From: Ruditapes philippinarum
Lineage: Eukaryota
Assembly (NCBI RefSeq): GCF_026571515.1
Contig: NW_026857573.1
Location: 124,001-188,000 of the forward strand
Direction of reading: 5' to 3'
Length of the DNA stretch: 64,000 nt
Numbering within the stretch: the first letter of the stretch is position 1; each line of letters begins with the position of its first letter. Under the pieces are notes generated by a model, which saw nothing but the letters and a program-made list of their open reading frames with translations, was not told the origin of the DNA and made no database searches. The position numbers were made by a program, and so were the translations under genes. Shown here in pieces: positions 40,577 through 51,224 of the stretch.

Positions 40577-41176
40577 TTGTTAATTTTAGGTCCTCCCGAG
40601 GTATGGGTTATAGGGTCTTCGATTATCCGAGATGCCTACTATTATTCCATCGAAAACAAGGGTCACAACCTTGGATTGGATCTCAAAATAGTTTGGGATT
40701 TTAGGTCAGGTATGAAGGTTCAACATCTGGCAAACACCATACAGCACTTAGCACTGAAATATATGAAATACCCTGATATGCTTATCATTCACTGTGGTGG
40801 GAATGATATTGGACAGACACCCTTAAATGAGGCCGAGCTTTTAGCAATACGCACATTGAATGATGTACACCAGTTAGGTATTCAAAATGGGTTTTATATA
40901 AAGATTGTCTGGTCGCAAATTCTTCCACGTATGTTTTACCGTGGTGAACGTAGCCACTTTAAGTTGAACAAGGCACGAAGGCGCTTTAATACAACACTTC
41001 AATCATTTTGTAAAACAATTGGCGGTGCCTATATTCGACATCAAGACATAGTGGAAGCCCAGCCTCTTTTTCGGGATTTGGTTCATTTGTCAGAATTTGG
41101 TAATGAAATATTCACCAATGATTTAAAAGAGGGTATTGTCGCTATTTTGCGACATAACAGAGATTGCTACCCTTAA
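40577..41176 (+). CDS. Ngaro SGNH/GDSL hydrolase (esterase) ORF
   Basis: Blocks VWVIGSSI, SGMK, IHCGGNDIG and DLVHLS. There is no ATG upstream of the catalytic Ser, and the ORF is preceded by a splice-acceptor-like ttaattttag. Confidence 0.85.
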   Translation: MLILGPPEVWVIGSSIIRDAYYYSIENKGHNLGLDLKIVWDFRSGMKVQHLANTIQHLALKYMKYPDMLIIHCGGNDIGQTPLNEAELLAIRTLNDVHQLGIQNGFYIKIVWSQILPRMFYRGERSHFKLNKARRRFNTTLQSFCKTIGGAYIRHQDIVEAQPLFRDLVHLSEFGNEIFTNDLKEGIVAILRHNRDCYP

Positions 41177-42162
41177 GAATAAAAATAATTGATATCATGA
41201 ATTATTAACAAGTCTGTAAACTCTGGTAGGAGATTAGTGGTGACCGAATTCCGGCATCATTTATTAATAATAATTCTTTGTTTATGTTGTGATAGACGCC
41301 GCTATGATAATAATGGTCGAGATGATGCAAATATGAATAATAAAAATAATAATAAATGAATTCATATGACAGAAAACTAGAATATAATCTATTTAACATG
41401 CAGACGACCTTCTTGCTTGGAATCTTTAATGTAACTCAAAAATAGACAGATACAAATTTAAAGAATAAGCAATTGTCATTTATGAAGCTCGAATTAAGAA
41501 CTTGATACTAGTAGATAGAATATGCGTACTATCGGTGGCAAAAAACCTGACATTAGCTCTTCGTCTCATACGTAGACTCCGCATGATACTTTCAACATAG
41601 TATATTAAGTATATAGCATATAGTTTTGCATTAACTTATTATCGGCGACCGAGTTCCGGCAATTAATCCACGATATTAATATTTCATTAATATAATTTCA
41701 AAACTTTACCGAATTCCGGTAATATCTCCGATGTCCGGAGAAAGATACATATTTGTATATGCAGTATAAATACAATTTTATCAGTTGGCGATTTACGTCG
41801 TTAGAAATTCAGGCGTCCGAAGAGACAATTGAATGTCCAAATATTCCGGCGCTGTTGATCGAAGTCCGATCTAGTTACCGATATCCGGAACAAGTTGAAA
41901 TGAATATATATATCTATACAGATTGTTTATGGGATGTGCCATTGATCGCAATACTGCGGGCCTCCCTACAATTATCGGCGTCCGAATTCCGGGGCCACCT
42001 CCGATATCCGGAGTACACACAAGTTTTTCCAAAACAAAAAATTGGGGGGTCCTTACGTATCTGTAGGGGGCCTTTATGTACATTTTTGGCATTTTTGTCG
42101 TTGATAAGACGCTACTCCTTGGCAGGGCTTGGTCCTACGACGCAGTCTTGTCCCGGCGCTTT

Positions 42163-42492
42163 GGCATTCTAGCGCACTTATCAAGTAACATATTCATGTG
42201 TTTAAAGAAGCATTCGGCATTGTTCTTGATTGGTATTTATATTACAAACCTTTCTTTTGGCATATTGGAAATCGCAATCAAAGTTATATTGAACATATTT
42301 TGTATAATATATATTATTGCATGTGCAATGCGTTTTTGTTACAAGTCAGTCATGGCCAAGTAACTGCCATCCTTTTATAAATAGATAATATTGCTAATTA
42401 TATAATTATTCATTTAAGGTTATATGTTCTGAATAGAATACCATATATAAATATATATTGTGTTAGTTTTTTCTCACAGGGTGAACAGATAA
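42163..42492 (+). repeat. Ngaro repeat B1 (330 bp)
   Basis: Identical by eye to 43186-43515. Confidence 0.95.
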
Positions 42493-42702
42493 ATCCATTC
42501 ATTTACAGCTCGTCTTTAAATGAATGCAGTTATCTGGTCCCCATTAAAGGGAGAGAACTCGTCCGGTCTTGTTGCTTCAACCACGTGTTGTACGTGACGT
42601 CATAATTAAGTCTGATGTCATCGAGACCTTGCGCGTTTTCAATCCTTTTCCTCGAGGAATTCAAGCAGGAAGGTCGACATTTTGCTTTTTCTTACAAATT
42701 AA
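42491..42702 (+). repeat. Ngaro repeat A2
   Basis: Copy of 36255-36466, directly abutting B1. Confidence 0.95.
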
Positions 42703-43185
42703 CCCTCCCAAACCCTACCCTTGTAGAAAGATTTATTGATTATATATTTGGAAGAGTTGCTTCGTTTGTTTCTTTGTATATTTTCAGCATAAACTGCTCA
42801 CTAGATCAATTGATATGCTATCTTAGCCATTGATACACCTTAATGATCTACGTCATGACTGGCTGATGGGAAGAACCTTAACACTGAAAAATCACTGGAC
42901 AAGACTTGTGTGTGGTATGACAGTATAGTGATGTGACTTAATGTGATTTAACAGGAACCAAGATTCATTAATTCTGTTGAAAGAATAAAGTGTTCATGTT
43001 GAAGAAATTATGACATAGATTGATTTAGATCTACATTTGATATTATGATAAAGAACAAAAGAAATGTATTTGTGACTTGTGTGAAAATAAGAAATTGTGA
43101 ATGTGATTTAAACTAACATTTATGAAAAGATAACAAGGTTCTTTCCATAATTAATAATTGATTATATTGCATTTTATTATGATAC

Positions 43186-43515
43186 GGCATTCTAGCGCAC
43201 TTATCAAGTAACATATTCATGTGTTTAAAGAAGCATTCGGCATTGTTCTTGATTGGTATTTATATTACAAACCTTTCTTTTGGCATATTGGAAATCGCAA
43301 TCAAAGTTATATTGAACATATTTTGTATAATATATATTATTGCATGTGCAATGCGTTTTTGTTACAAGTCAGTCATGGCCAAGTAACTGCCATCCTTTTA
43401 TAAATAGATAATATTGCTAATTATATAATTATTCATTTAAGGTTATATGTTCTGAATAGAATACCATATATAAATATATATTGTGTTAGTTTTTTCTCAC
43501 AGGGTGAACAGATAA
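43186..43515 (+). repeat. Ngaro repeat B2 (right terminus)
   Basis: Copy of 42163-42492. Confidence 0.95.
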
Positions 43516-43655
43516 CTAATGTTAAAGAATTCGCTGAAAATGTGTCTTATATATAATTTCGACCTTATAATCGACCTTGTATTTAATTACTTCGTAAAAA
43601 CAACCGAAAACAACAACTTAATTTAACAAATGACATCCTGTATCATATCCGCCTT
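43516..43655 (-). promoter_or_regulatory. Displaced core promoter (TATA at 43547-43556) of gene A2
   Basis: Homologous to 25920-26040 upstream of A1 (attcgct.aaaa.gt.tct.tatatata..ccttgtat..tcgtaaaaa..acaaatgacatcctgt.tcat). Confidence 0.6.
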
Positions 43656-43993
43656 GAACATAATGTTAAATCAACAGGACATTGACGTGAAAGAAAAATA
43701 ATAAGTAAATTATGCGAAAAGAATAACTTAATTTTTGCAAAATCTACAATTAGGAAATTGACGTGAGATATAAATACATGTGGATTCTTTTTACTTTATT
43801 TGTATGTGTGTTGTTTTTTTTGCTTGTTTGTGGTTTTTAAGTTTATTTTTTACATTTAATTACTTTTTCTTTCAGAGAAAAATAACGAAATAAAGCTGTC
43901 GAGTTTTTATCTCATAAATGATATATGCAAAAATACATTTACCGTTACTTGACCTATGTTGAGTATGTAATAAACACGTAAATTCATAAAGTA

Positions 43994-44590
43994 ACGTTGA
44001 TCAAACTCATTTGTTTTTCATTTGATGTGGTAACATTTTCCGGTTTGTGTACAATAACCAATACGACGTATTTCCAAAGTATTCTGGCGGATAAGTTCTG
44101 ACATTTAATAGGTTAAGCTTGAAACTAACAATTGTGATAATTTATTCACATGTACAAATTTATTTTATGATCCCATAGGTTTCAAGAAAGCTTCAGACAT
44201 TCTTTTTATCTTTTATAGATAGTAGTAAATTGACTTTACTTGCATGTTTATAGTGCATTTTTTGTCCGAATGGTTACGAAGAACGTGACTCCTTATTTCA
44301 TCTCTTATAAGTTAAATTTGTTCAAGTCAGTGCCGCGAGCATATATCACGATAGCCATACTCAAACGGAGTCTAAAATTTTCACCTTTGTAGTTTAGATA
44401 ACTAGCCATATTGCATATCTATACAAATGTATCTAATTCAATATGTATTCTGTAATTAGTAATAAATTTATTTTTTAAAAGCAAACCCTTTTCGAAAAGT
44501 TGCTGAACATCTGTAAAGTTCCAGTATTGAGCATTCGCTGGAACTATCCTAAAGGTCATGCCCTACTCTAGTTTGAAAGTATAACATAGG
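43994..44590 (+). pseudogene. Meteorin-N-domain-like relic B2 (exons 1-2 only)
   Basis: Start codon ATG->ACG, a frameshift, and donor GT->AT after gacgtatttccaaagtattctggcgg. Decayed exon 2 (ttcgctggaactatcctaaaggtcatgcc). No exons 3-4 found. Confidence 0.8.
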
Positions 44591-46634
44591 AAATATACTA
44601 CTTTCTATGCAAAAATAATTAAAGTATTTTTTTCGTTTTTTAATATATTTCAATAAAAAATCTCCTCCATTTATGCATGAAAAAAAACCTTTTTACTCAC
44701 AAATTGATAATGTTTATGATGTAAAAGTCAAAGAAGAATTAACCATATTGTGTCGTTCTACTCTAATGAATGATAAATATTCCATATTTGATATAGAATT
44801 AGAAATTCATATAATTAATCAATTTTGTATAAAGAAAAAAAAGAAAATAACGACCGCTAAATCGTCCCACACGTTAATATAGTAATTAGAACCTTCACTT
44901 TGCGTGTTCTTAATGAATCACGGTCTCGAGACCTTGTTCATAACAATCTAAAACAGTCATAAATGACATACTTTACTATATCCGCATTGATAGTTTTAAT
45001 TACGTGAACTATGCATATTTTATATAGAAATAATAATAAGCAAAAAAGTAAACGCAAATGTAATCATGTGTATTTTGTATGTTAAAATAATAAAATGATT
45101 TTTGAGATTTTTTATATTAAAGGGAAAGGCAATGTAAAAATGAAAAATTATTATCAGAAAAAGCATACTATAAATAGTAAACATGCAAATTTTCTGCGTT
45201 CAAATAATGATAGTAAATGCTTTATAAATAGATTTAAATTGCTTAATCACCGATTTCTACAAAGCAGTAGGCACAACCATGTTTGTGTATTGGTCGCGTA
45301 AGACGTTGTTCGCCCGCATATTCACCCGCATATTTAGATTTGCGGTAATTATCGAATCGCCGCGAAAGACAACCTGCAAATCATTTCTGAATTATTAAAA
45401 TAGTATTTCTAATATTATTGGCTGAATATTTGGATATAGTTTACTTTCTTATTAATCTTTCAAGCCAGCAAATCCCTGAACAGGAAAGGTTAATAATTTG
45501 ATCGACTACCACTGATGATAATGAGATACACAATCTAAGATATTACTGCAATTCTCTTGATATTGAAAGTGGTAGGAAAAAGTAAACTTTGTTCTCATAA
45601 CGTGAAATCCGAAAATCACTTCTAGTTATGTTTCCCAATTTATTGTGACCAAGAAACAGATTTGTTGTTTATAATGCTACGAGCAGAAATAAGTGCAAAT
45701 ATTGCCATCCTTTTTATATTTGTAAATCGCGAAATGTATTTTATATGCCAATAAACCTGAAACTGGTAAAAAAAACATCCAACACATTTCTAATAAATAC
45801 AAGCTTTCAGAAGACAAAAATACATATATTTTAAAAGGACACAGGTGTTTTATTAATGCTTTCATATATTTAATAGATATCGTTATTTTTTTCTACAGCA
45901 AATGTGTTCCATTCTAGAAAGTGCTAGGTAATTAGAGCTATATTTATAAACATACGACAGTAAAAGACAATTGCCAAGAAGAAATTATTATTTTAAGATT
46001 TCTAATTCTGGACAATTGGCAATTAGAAATGATATACGTATATATAGCAGACAATATCGATTGCCAGTTCAGAGGCTTGCAAGAATATGAGTTCTCTCAT
46101 GTTAAGTTTTAAGCCTTCAAACTGCTGAAAAGAACATCACCACTTTAAATTTCAAAACAAGTTCACTACTGCTCTTTATTGGTGGCATTTGCATTGGTTC
46201 TTTGAAAACCGCATTCATTTAAAAAAAAAAGCTTCCAATAAACAACATGTGTAAGTATCATGTTTTTACCTACCGCAACGCTTTTGCCTTTTTGCCTTTC
46301 CTGTCATTCTTCAACACTAGGATACACTGAATAGATAAGGTATTTCGATTTCGCTTTAGCGATGAAAACAAGATATTCCTAATTATTTGACATTGTTCAA
46401 ACATTCTATTTTTATATATCGTGTTAGGCGTGGACGGTAACTTGCACTTTACCGTCCATGAAGTGGCTCAATGAAACTGAGCATGTAACATTTTCAGTTT
46501 TGGTCGTTTCGTGCGTACCTTATCTATTTTATATTTTTCAAAGATATGATATTTATTTGCTTATAATTCGGCTTTTATAAGCCAAAAGTATGAATGACAG
46601 TAAACTGTTGTTAACGATATTGTTGTGAAATTTT

Positions 46635-46893
46635 AACTTCGTGAATTCACGTTTTCAACATACGGAGTTCATAAATTCACGATTTCAACTTCGTGCATCA
46701 TGATTAAAACTTCACAAATTCATCTTCGTGAAGTCACGATTTCAACTTTACGAATTCAAAATTGCAACTTCTTGAATTCGCGATTTCGACTTCACGAATT
46801 CAACTCTACAAATTTATTATTTCAGCTTCTTGAATTCACGATTTGACGATTTCAACTTCATGAATTTTACGATTTTATCTTCACGAATTCAAC
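46635..46893. repeat. Degenerate ~22-bp minisatellite (AACTTCGTGAATTCACGATTTC)n
   Basis: Roughly a dozen imperfect units. The consensus contains the palindrome CGTGAATTCACG. Confidence 0.8.
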
Positions 46894-47289
46894 TGATACA
46901 TTATATTCTTAAAATTAGGCAAAAGTCTTTCACAGTAATATCAGCTTCATGTAAGCTGATATCAAAGACCCTTTTTGACAAAAAAATAATGATAGCTACG
47001 CGACGTGTGTTCTTTGTGTTTACATGCGTTGAAAGATTCTATTTGTTTACTTTTAATTGTTATCATTGTTATGTAAATTATTATTCAAAGTATGCTTTAT
47101 TACTATGACAATTGGTTAATCACACAGTATTGAAAATAAAATGCGAAAAAAGGATATAAATACCGTACAAATCAAATGAAGAAGGGAATATAAATGTTAG
47201 ATATACAGCTTCACCGTTATTCGTTATGTATTTATAAGCGCTTCCAATGTTTTTGCCACGACTTTGCCGTAATTTTGTCATTTGGCTGT

Positions 47290-47540
47290 CTTTTAATTCA
47301 CACCGACACTACTGGGGCAGGTCATACGGCGACTTGCTAGCTTTAGTTGTGGAGGAAAACCTAATGTTCCCTTCAGTGCAATATTTCAAGCATCTGGCAC
47401 CTGAGTGAAAACCGTCGACCTTCCGAAAGTTAATGAAAGAACACAAAGACCCTGGTGGAATTCTGACTCACAGTCGTGACAGACAAGATGTTCAGTGACG
47501 GAAAAGAGGCTCAAAATAGCGACCTTAACCACCGGGTTGC
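47290..47540 (-). mobile_element. Degenerate tRNA-derived SINE
   Basis: caccgacac..aggtcatacggcgact..gtggaggaaaacc..gcacctg..gaccttccg..gcgaccttaaccac. The right end reads as a decayed A-box/B-box head on the minus strand. Confidence 0.6.
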
Positions 47541-48355
47541 AGAATGTTTAAAAATCTGCCGGTTAGCAAACTTGCATGTCTTGTCTGTATTTTCAATTAT
47601 AGTTTTAATCGTAACTCAGAAACTATATGAAATTTTAGACATAAGAGAACATTCTAATTAAGCTTAGTGGATATTATTATGTTATAAAATGACGTTTTCC
47701 CTATCATTGCTGTAAATGTATGAGAATGTCAAATGTCTTATTAGAGTCTGATATTTAACGATCTATGCTATAATTTATATCGGCAATTATGAATACTTTA
47801 AATATTTGAAACCTGCCGGCGAATGATATTTTTTTTCAAAAACCATTAAACACACAGTCCCACATTAAAGTAAGACTGTTAAAATGCAACTATAGTATAT
47901 AAAGGCATTCATGATGTTTTGATATAAATACCCTTAGGAATCAAACCACAATGTGATTGGATCGAGTTGTTGATTAATGGTTTATGTCGGTGTTAATTCT
48001 CTTACAAAACAATACATTACAAAATTTTATTCGTCATTAAACATACACACATGTTTACAGCAAATACAAACAAAGCTGTTTAGTGACAAACATGTCAAAA
48101 GAAATGAAATTGTAAACGAATTTTTTTCCGAAGAGAGTATATAGTTCTTAGAAAATCATTAGTAACTATTAGTAAGTATATCCTGAAAGTCCTAATTTAA
48201 ATCAAAATATTTAGAATGTGATTAAAACAAGTAAGTATTTAAAGGTCACAGTTTTTATGATAAAAATTGCCTTATCTGTATACATATATAATGTTTACAT
48301 CGTATCTAACCATTCTTTGTCTTAAACTGAGTTTGAAAATAATCCGTGGACAGTG

Positions 48356-51224
48356 ATGATTAAATTTGTTTGTTTTTACCTTTGTGTATTCACCGTTTCC
48401 GGGTTTTTGTACGATAATCCGTGCGACGTATTTCCAAAGTATTCTGGCGGGTAAGTTTTTGTAAGTTTTGCTTGAAGGTAATTATAACATTCTTTTGTCA
48501 AAAAAAAAACAGCTAATGTTCCAATGGAATATATTTAGCTTTATTTAATTATACCCATGAAATATGGTGCTATATCAGTCAAATATATTTCATATTTTTG
48601 AAAAAATAAAATATGAAATATAAATATGAAAGTGGGCGGAGTCAAAACTCATATTTTTTAAGGGACTTCTTTCGCAATTTTGTTTAAAAAATCTGATAAA
48701 TAAAAAACAACTTTGTGTTATATTTTGGTTTGAAAACTATCTAGAATGATAGAAAATGGTCTAAGAAAATAAATCTGAAAACCAATATCTTTAATTAAGT
48801 CATTAACGCTGTACAGACGTTTAAAAAGTTGTTTACGTGAGTCACAATGTAGCCCGATCATCGCGTGCAAAACAAGACGCATCTATTAATAATAAATTTA
48901 TTACTGCGCGCTGTACAATTGCAGCTGCGTGGCAAGCAAAGCGATTTGTAATTAAATTAAATAAAAAGGTTATTTTTTCGTTTTTAGTGAAATATGGTGT
49001 ACATTTTCAATATGATAAAATGCCACACATTTTGGCTGAATTTGTTGTTTTAAGCATATAGTGCAAACCCTAATAGAAACAAACGTGGTTTTTCAATTTA
49101 TTGCCAGATATTTAACATCAGTGATGATATGTATAAGTGTTCTTAATGATAACCTATGCCAAAATATTCAGTACTGACACTCGGATATTGTTTAACATGA
49201 TTCGTAAACCATTATTTCTCATTTTCACCTACTTAATTTTTTCATTGCAGCCGTGGGATCTCCAATTTTACGTAGTTTTTAGAATATTTACTGAATTAAG
49301 TTAACATGTTGACATCCTATATCTAAAACCTATACTTTTAACATTTATATCTTTTTCTAAATTTTTGATCTCATATTAGTTTCTATTTTGTAGCATTCCC
49401 AGCTACAACAATTTCACAACAACTGTAAACGTTCCAGCTAAATGCAAGAATGGGACATTCCGCTGGGACTATCCTAAAGGTCACGCCATGCTGCATTTCC
49501 AAAATATGCACGGGGTAAATATAGTCAATTCTAAGTTTTATAGTCAATGTGAAGAACTTTCAATATTCATACCAAAGATATACATCAAGAAAAAGGTCCA
49601 CAGTTTACAGTACGACCTTTTAGCATACATTGATAAAATGACTTGAGAAGATAACATTTGGAAAAAGAAACATATTTATTCTGGTCCTTATTTTCGTGTA
49701 AATAATTTGAAATTTTATCTTTTTTCACTTGTAAAAGAATAAAACATTTTTATATTTTCACATTTTATTTCGTTTTTGTATTTAGATGGAAATGAAAATA
49801 TGCATAAAGGACAGCTTAGGTGGAACATTCTTCAATGTTACAGATAAAGCTACTAACGAACGTCTAGGACCTTTTGATTACGGTAAATCTACTTTTCAAT
49901 AATTTGTTTTATCAGGGAAAATCAGTCTAGATCAAATTCAGGAAAAATCTTATATATCAAGTGTAATTGTTTCACTTAGCATAATCGTGTTTTTGTTATA
50001 TATTTTATTTGTGATTAAAGGTCATCTGATATTGCAGTGACAATGCATGTAAAAATCTGGAAAAGGGGGTGGTCCTTCCGAAGCACTGAAAACAACAAAA
50101 TTACATTAAAAATGTATAGTCACTAGATTACGTGCGGCTATTAATTAAAGCCCTCGTAATTATGTGGCTGTCAATAAAAAACACCTTATTATCGGTCAAG
50201 CAAATTATATCACTTATTGCTGTGACTATAAATGTGGGTAATTAAATTTCGTGACTATTACTATTTGTCCTACTTATAGATTTTATTGTATATACTAGTA
50301 CATGGCCATTGTTTATGTTATACAATATTGTAAATTAGAACATAAGTTACCCTACCTTATGTTGTGTTTTACTAATAATGGTTACTTGTCGTTTTACTAC
50401 AAATATTTGTTGAGTTTAAAGTCACAACGGCCTAGATAAGTATAACGAATTTTCTAGAAAGATCTTACTTGTCTATGCTTATTTTCTTTTTACTTTTGTG
50501 ACACAAGCAGGTACAAACTATTGACCCTCTATAAATTTGCTGGATAGCTTCCTAAAATGACCAATTCAAAGTCCCTCGGGATTTTTTATATAAAGCTGAG
50601 TGATTTAAAGTTGAGTTGACAGATATATGAATGAAGTTATAGTGTTTCTTCGAATATGTGTTATGTAATCTTGTTTCTATGGGTACATGGATGTATGTCA
50701 TTTTGATTTTTACAAATATATGTTATAAAATGTTGTGTCTATGAATGTGTGTTTTATATAGTGGTAATTCTATGACTGTGTGTAAAAGAATGTTGTTTAA
50801 ATATTTTATATAATGTCACATAAAGAAATCTTGTTTTACGAATGCATGTGAAGACTATTTCAAATTATATTTTGTACACTTGTACATTTTTACAGTTTTG
50901 CCTCTACGAATATATTTTATATATAAAGTGTTTTTTTTCTATGAATTTATGTTAAATATTATTGTTTCTACAAATATAGATTATATCATGTTTCTACGAA
51001 GATATGATTCATTATGTTGTTTCTAACAATAAAGAATATAAATTGATATCTTTCACACAAGAACAGTCACAAACAGACCACACTTGTTTTAACCCTTTTA
51101 AGCATGTCTTTCAGAAACCTATGCGTGTCTGCAACCAACATCTGAACGAGAAGTTGTTCTCCAAGTGGATGCTCCGCTGGACCTTCGTTACATGGGAGAG
51201 TTTGAATACAGAATTTATAAATGA
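48356..51224 (+). CDS. Small secreted meteorin-N-domain-like protein, copy B3 (4 exons, 140 aa, intact)
   Basis: Exons 48356-48450, 49394-49514, 49786-49882 and 51115-51224. Protein: MIKFVCFYLCVFTVSG FLYDNPCDVFPKY..VPAKCKNGTFRWDYPKGHAMLHF..ICIKD..ACLQ..VVLQVDAP..GEFEYRIYK*. Confidence 0.87.

Larger units (their letters stand above)
36255..43515 (+). mobile_element. Full-length Ngaro-type (DIRS order) tyrosine-recombinase retrotransposon, ~7.26 kb
   Basis: Split direct repeats in the order A1-[gag, RT-RH, YR, SGNH]-B1-A2-spacer-B2. No adenine methyltransferase domain seen after RNase H. An AA core is shared by both flanks and the B1/A2 junction. Confidence 0.93.

Noticed and set aside
40577-41176. 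SGNH hydrolase as a novel captured host or bacterial gene
   Set aside because: A hydrolase ORF after the YR is an established feature of Ngaro-group elements.
36255-42702. A1/A2 read as LTRs of an LTR retrotransposon
   Set aside because: There is no integrase or protease and no TG..CA ends. The second repeat pair (B1/B2) and the tyrosine recombinase identify a Ngaro/DIRS-order element.
41753-43403. Short ORFs in the Ngaro 3' region, including the duplicated 60-aa ORF
   Set aside because: They have no recognisable motifs, and the duplication simply reflects repeats B1/B2.
46635-46893. Palindromic short repeats as a CRISPR-like array
   Set aside because: Units are contiguous and degenerate with no unique spacers, there are no cas genes, and the context is eukaryotic.
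50600-51010. Recurring tttcta(t/c)gaatat motif in the B3 intron
   Set aside because: Highly degenerate low-complexity tandem sequence with no definable unit or function.
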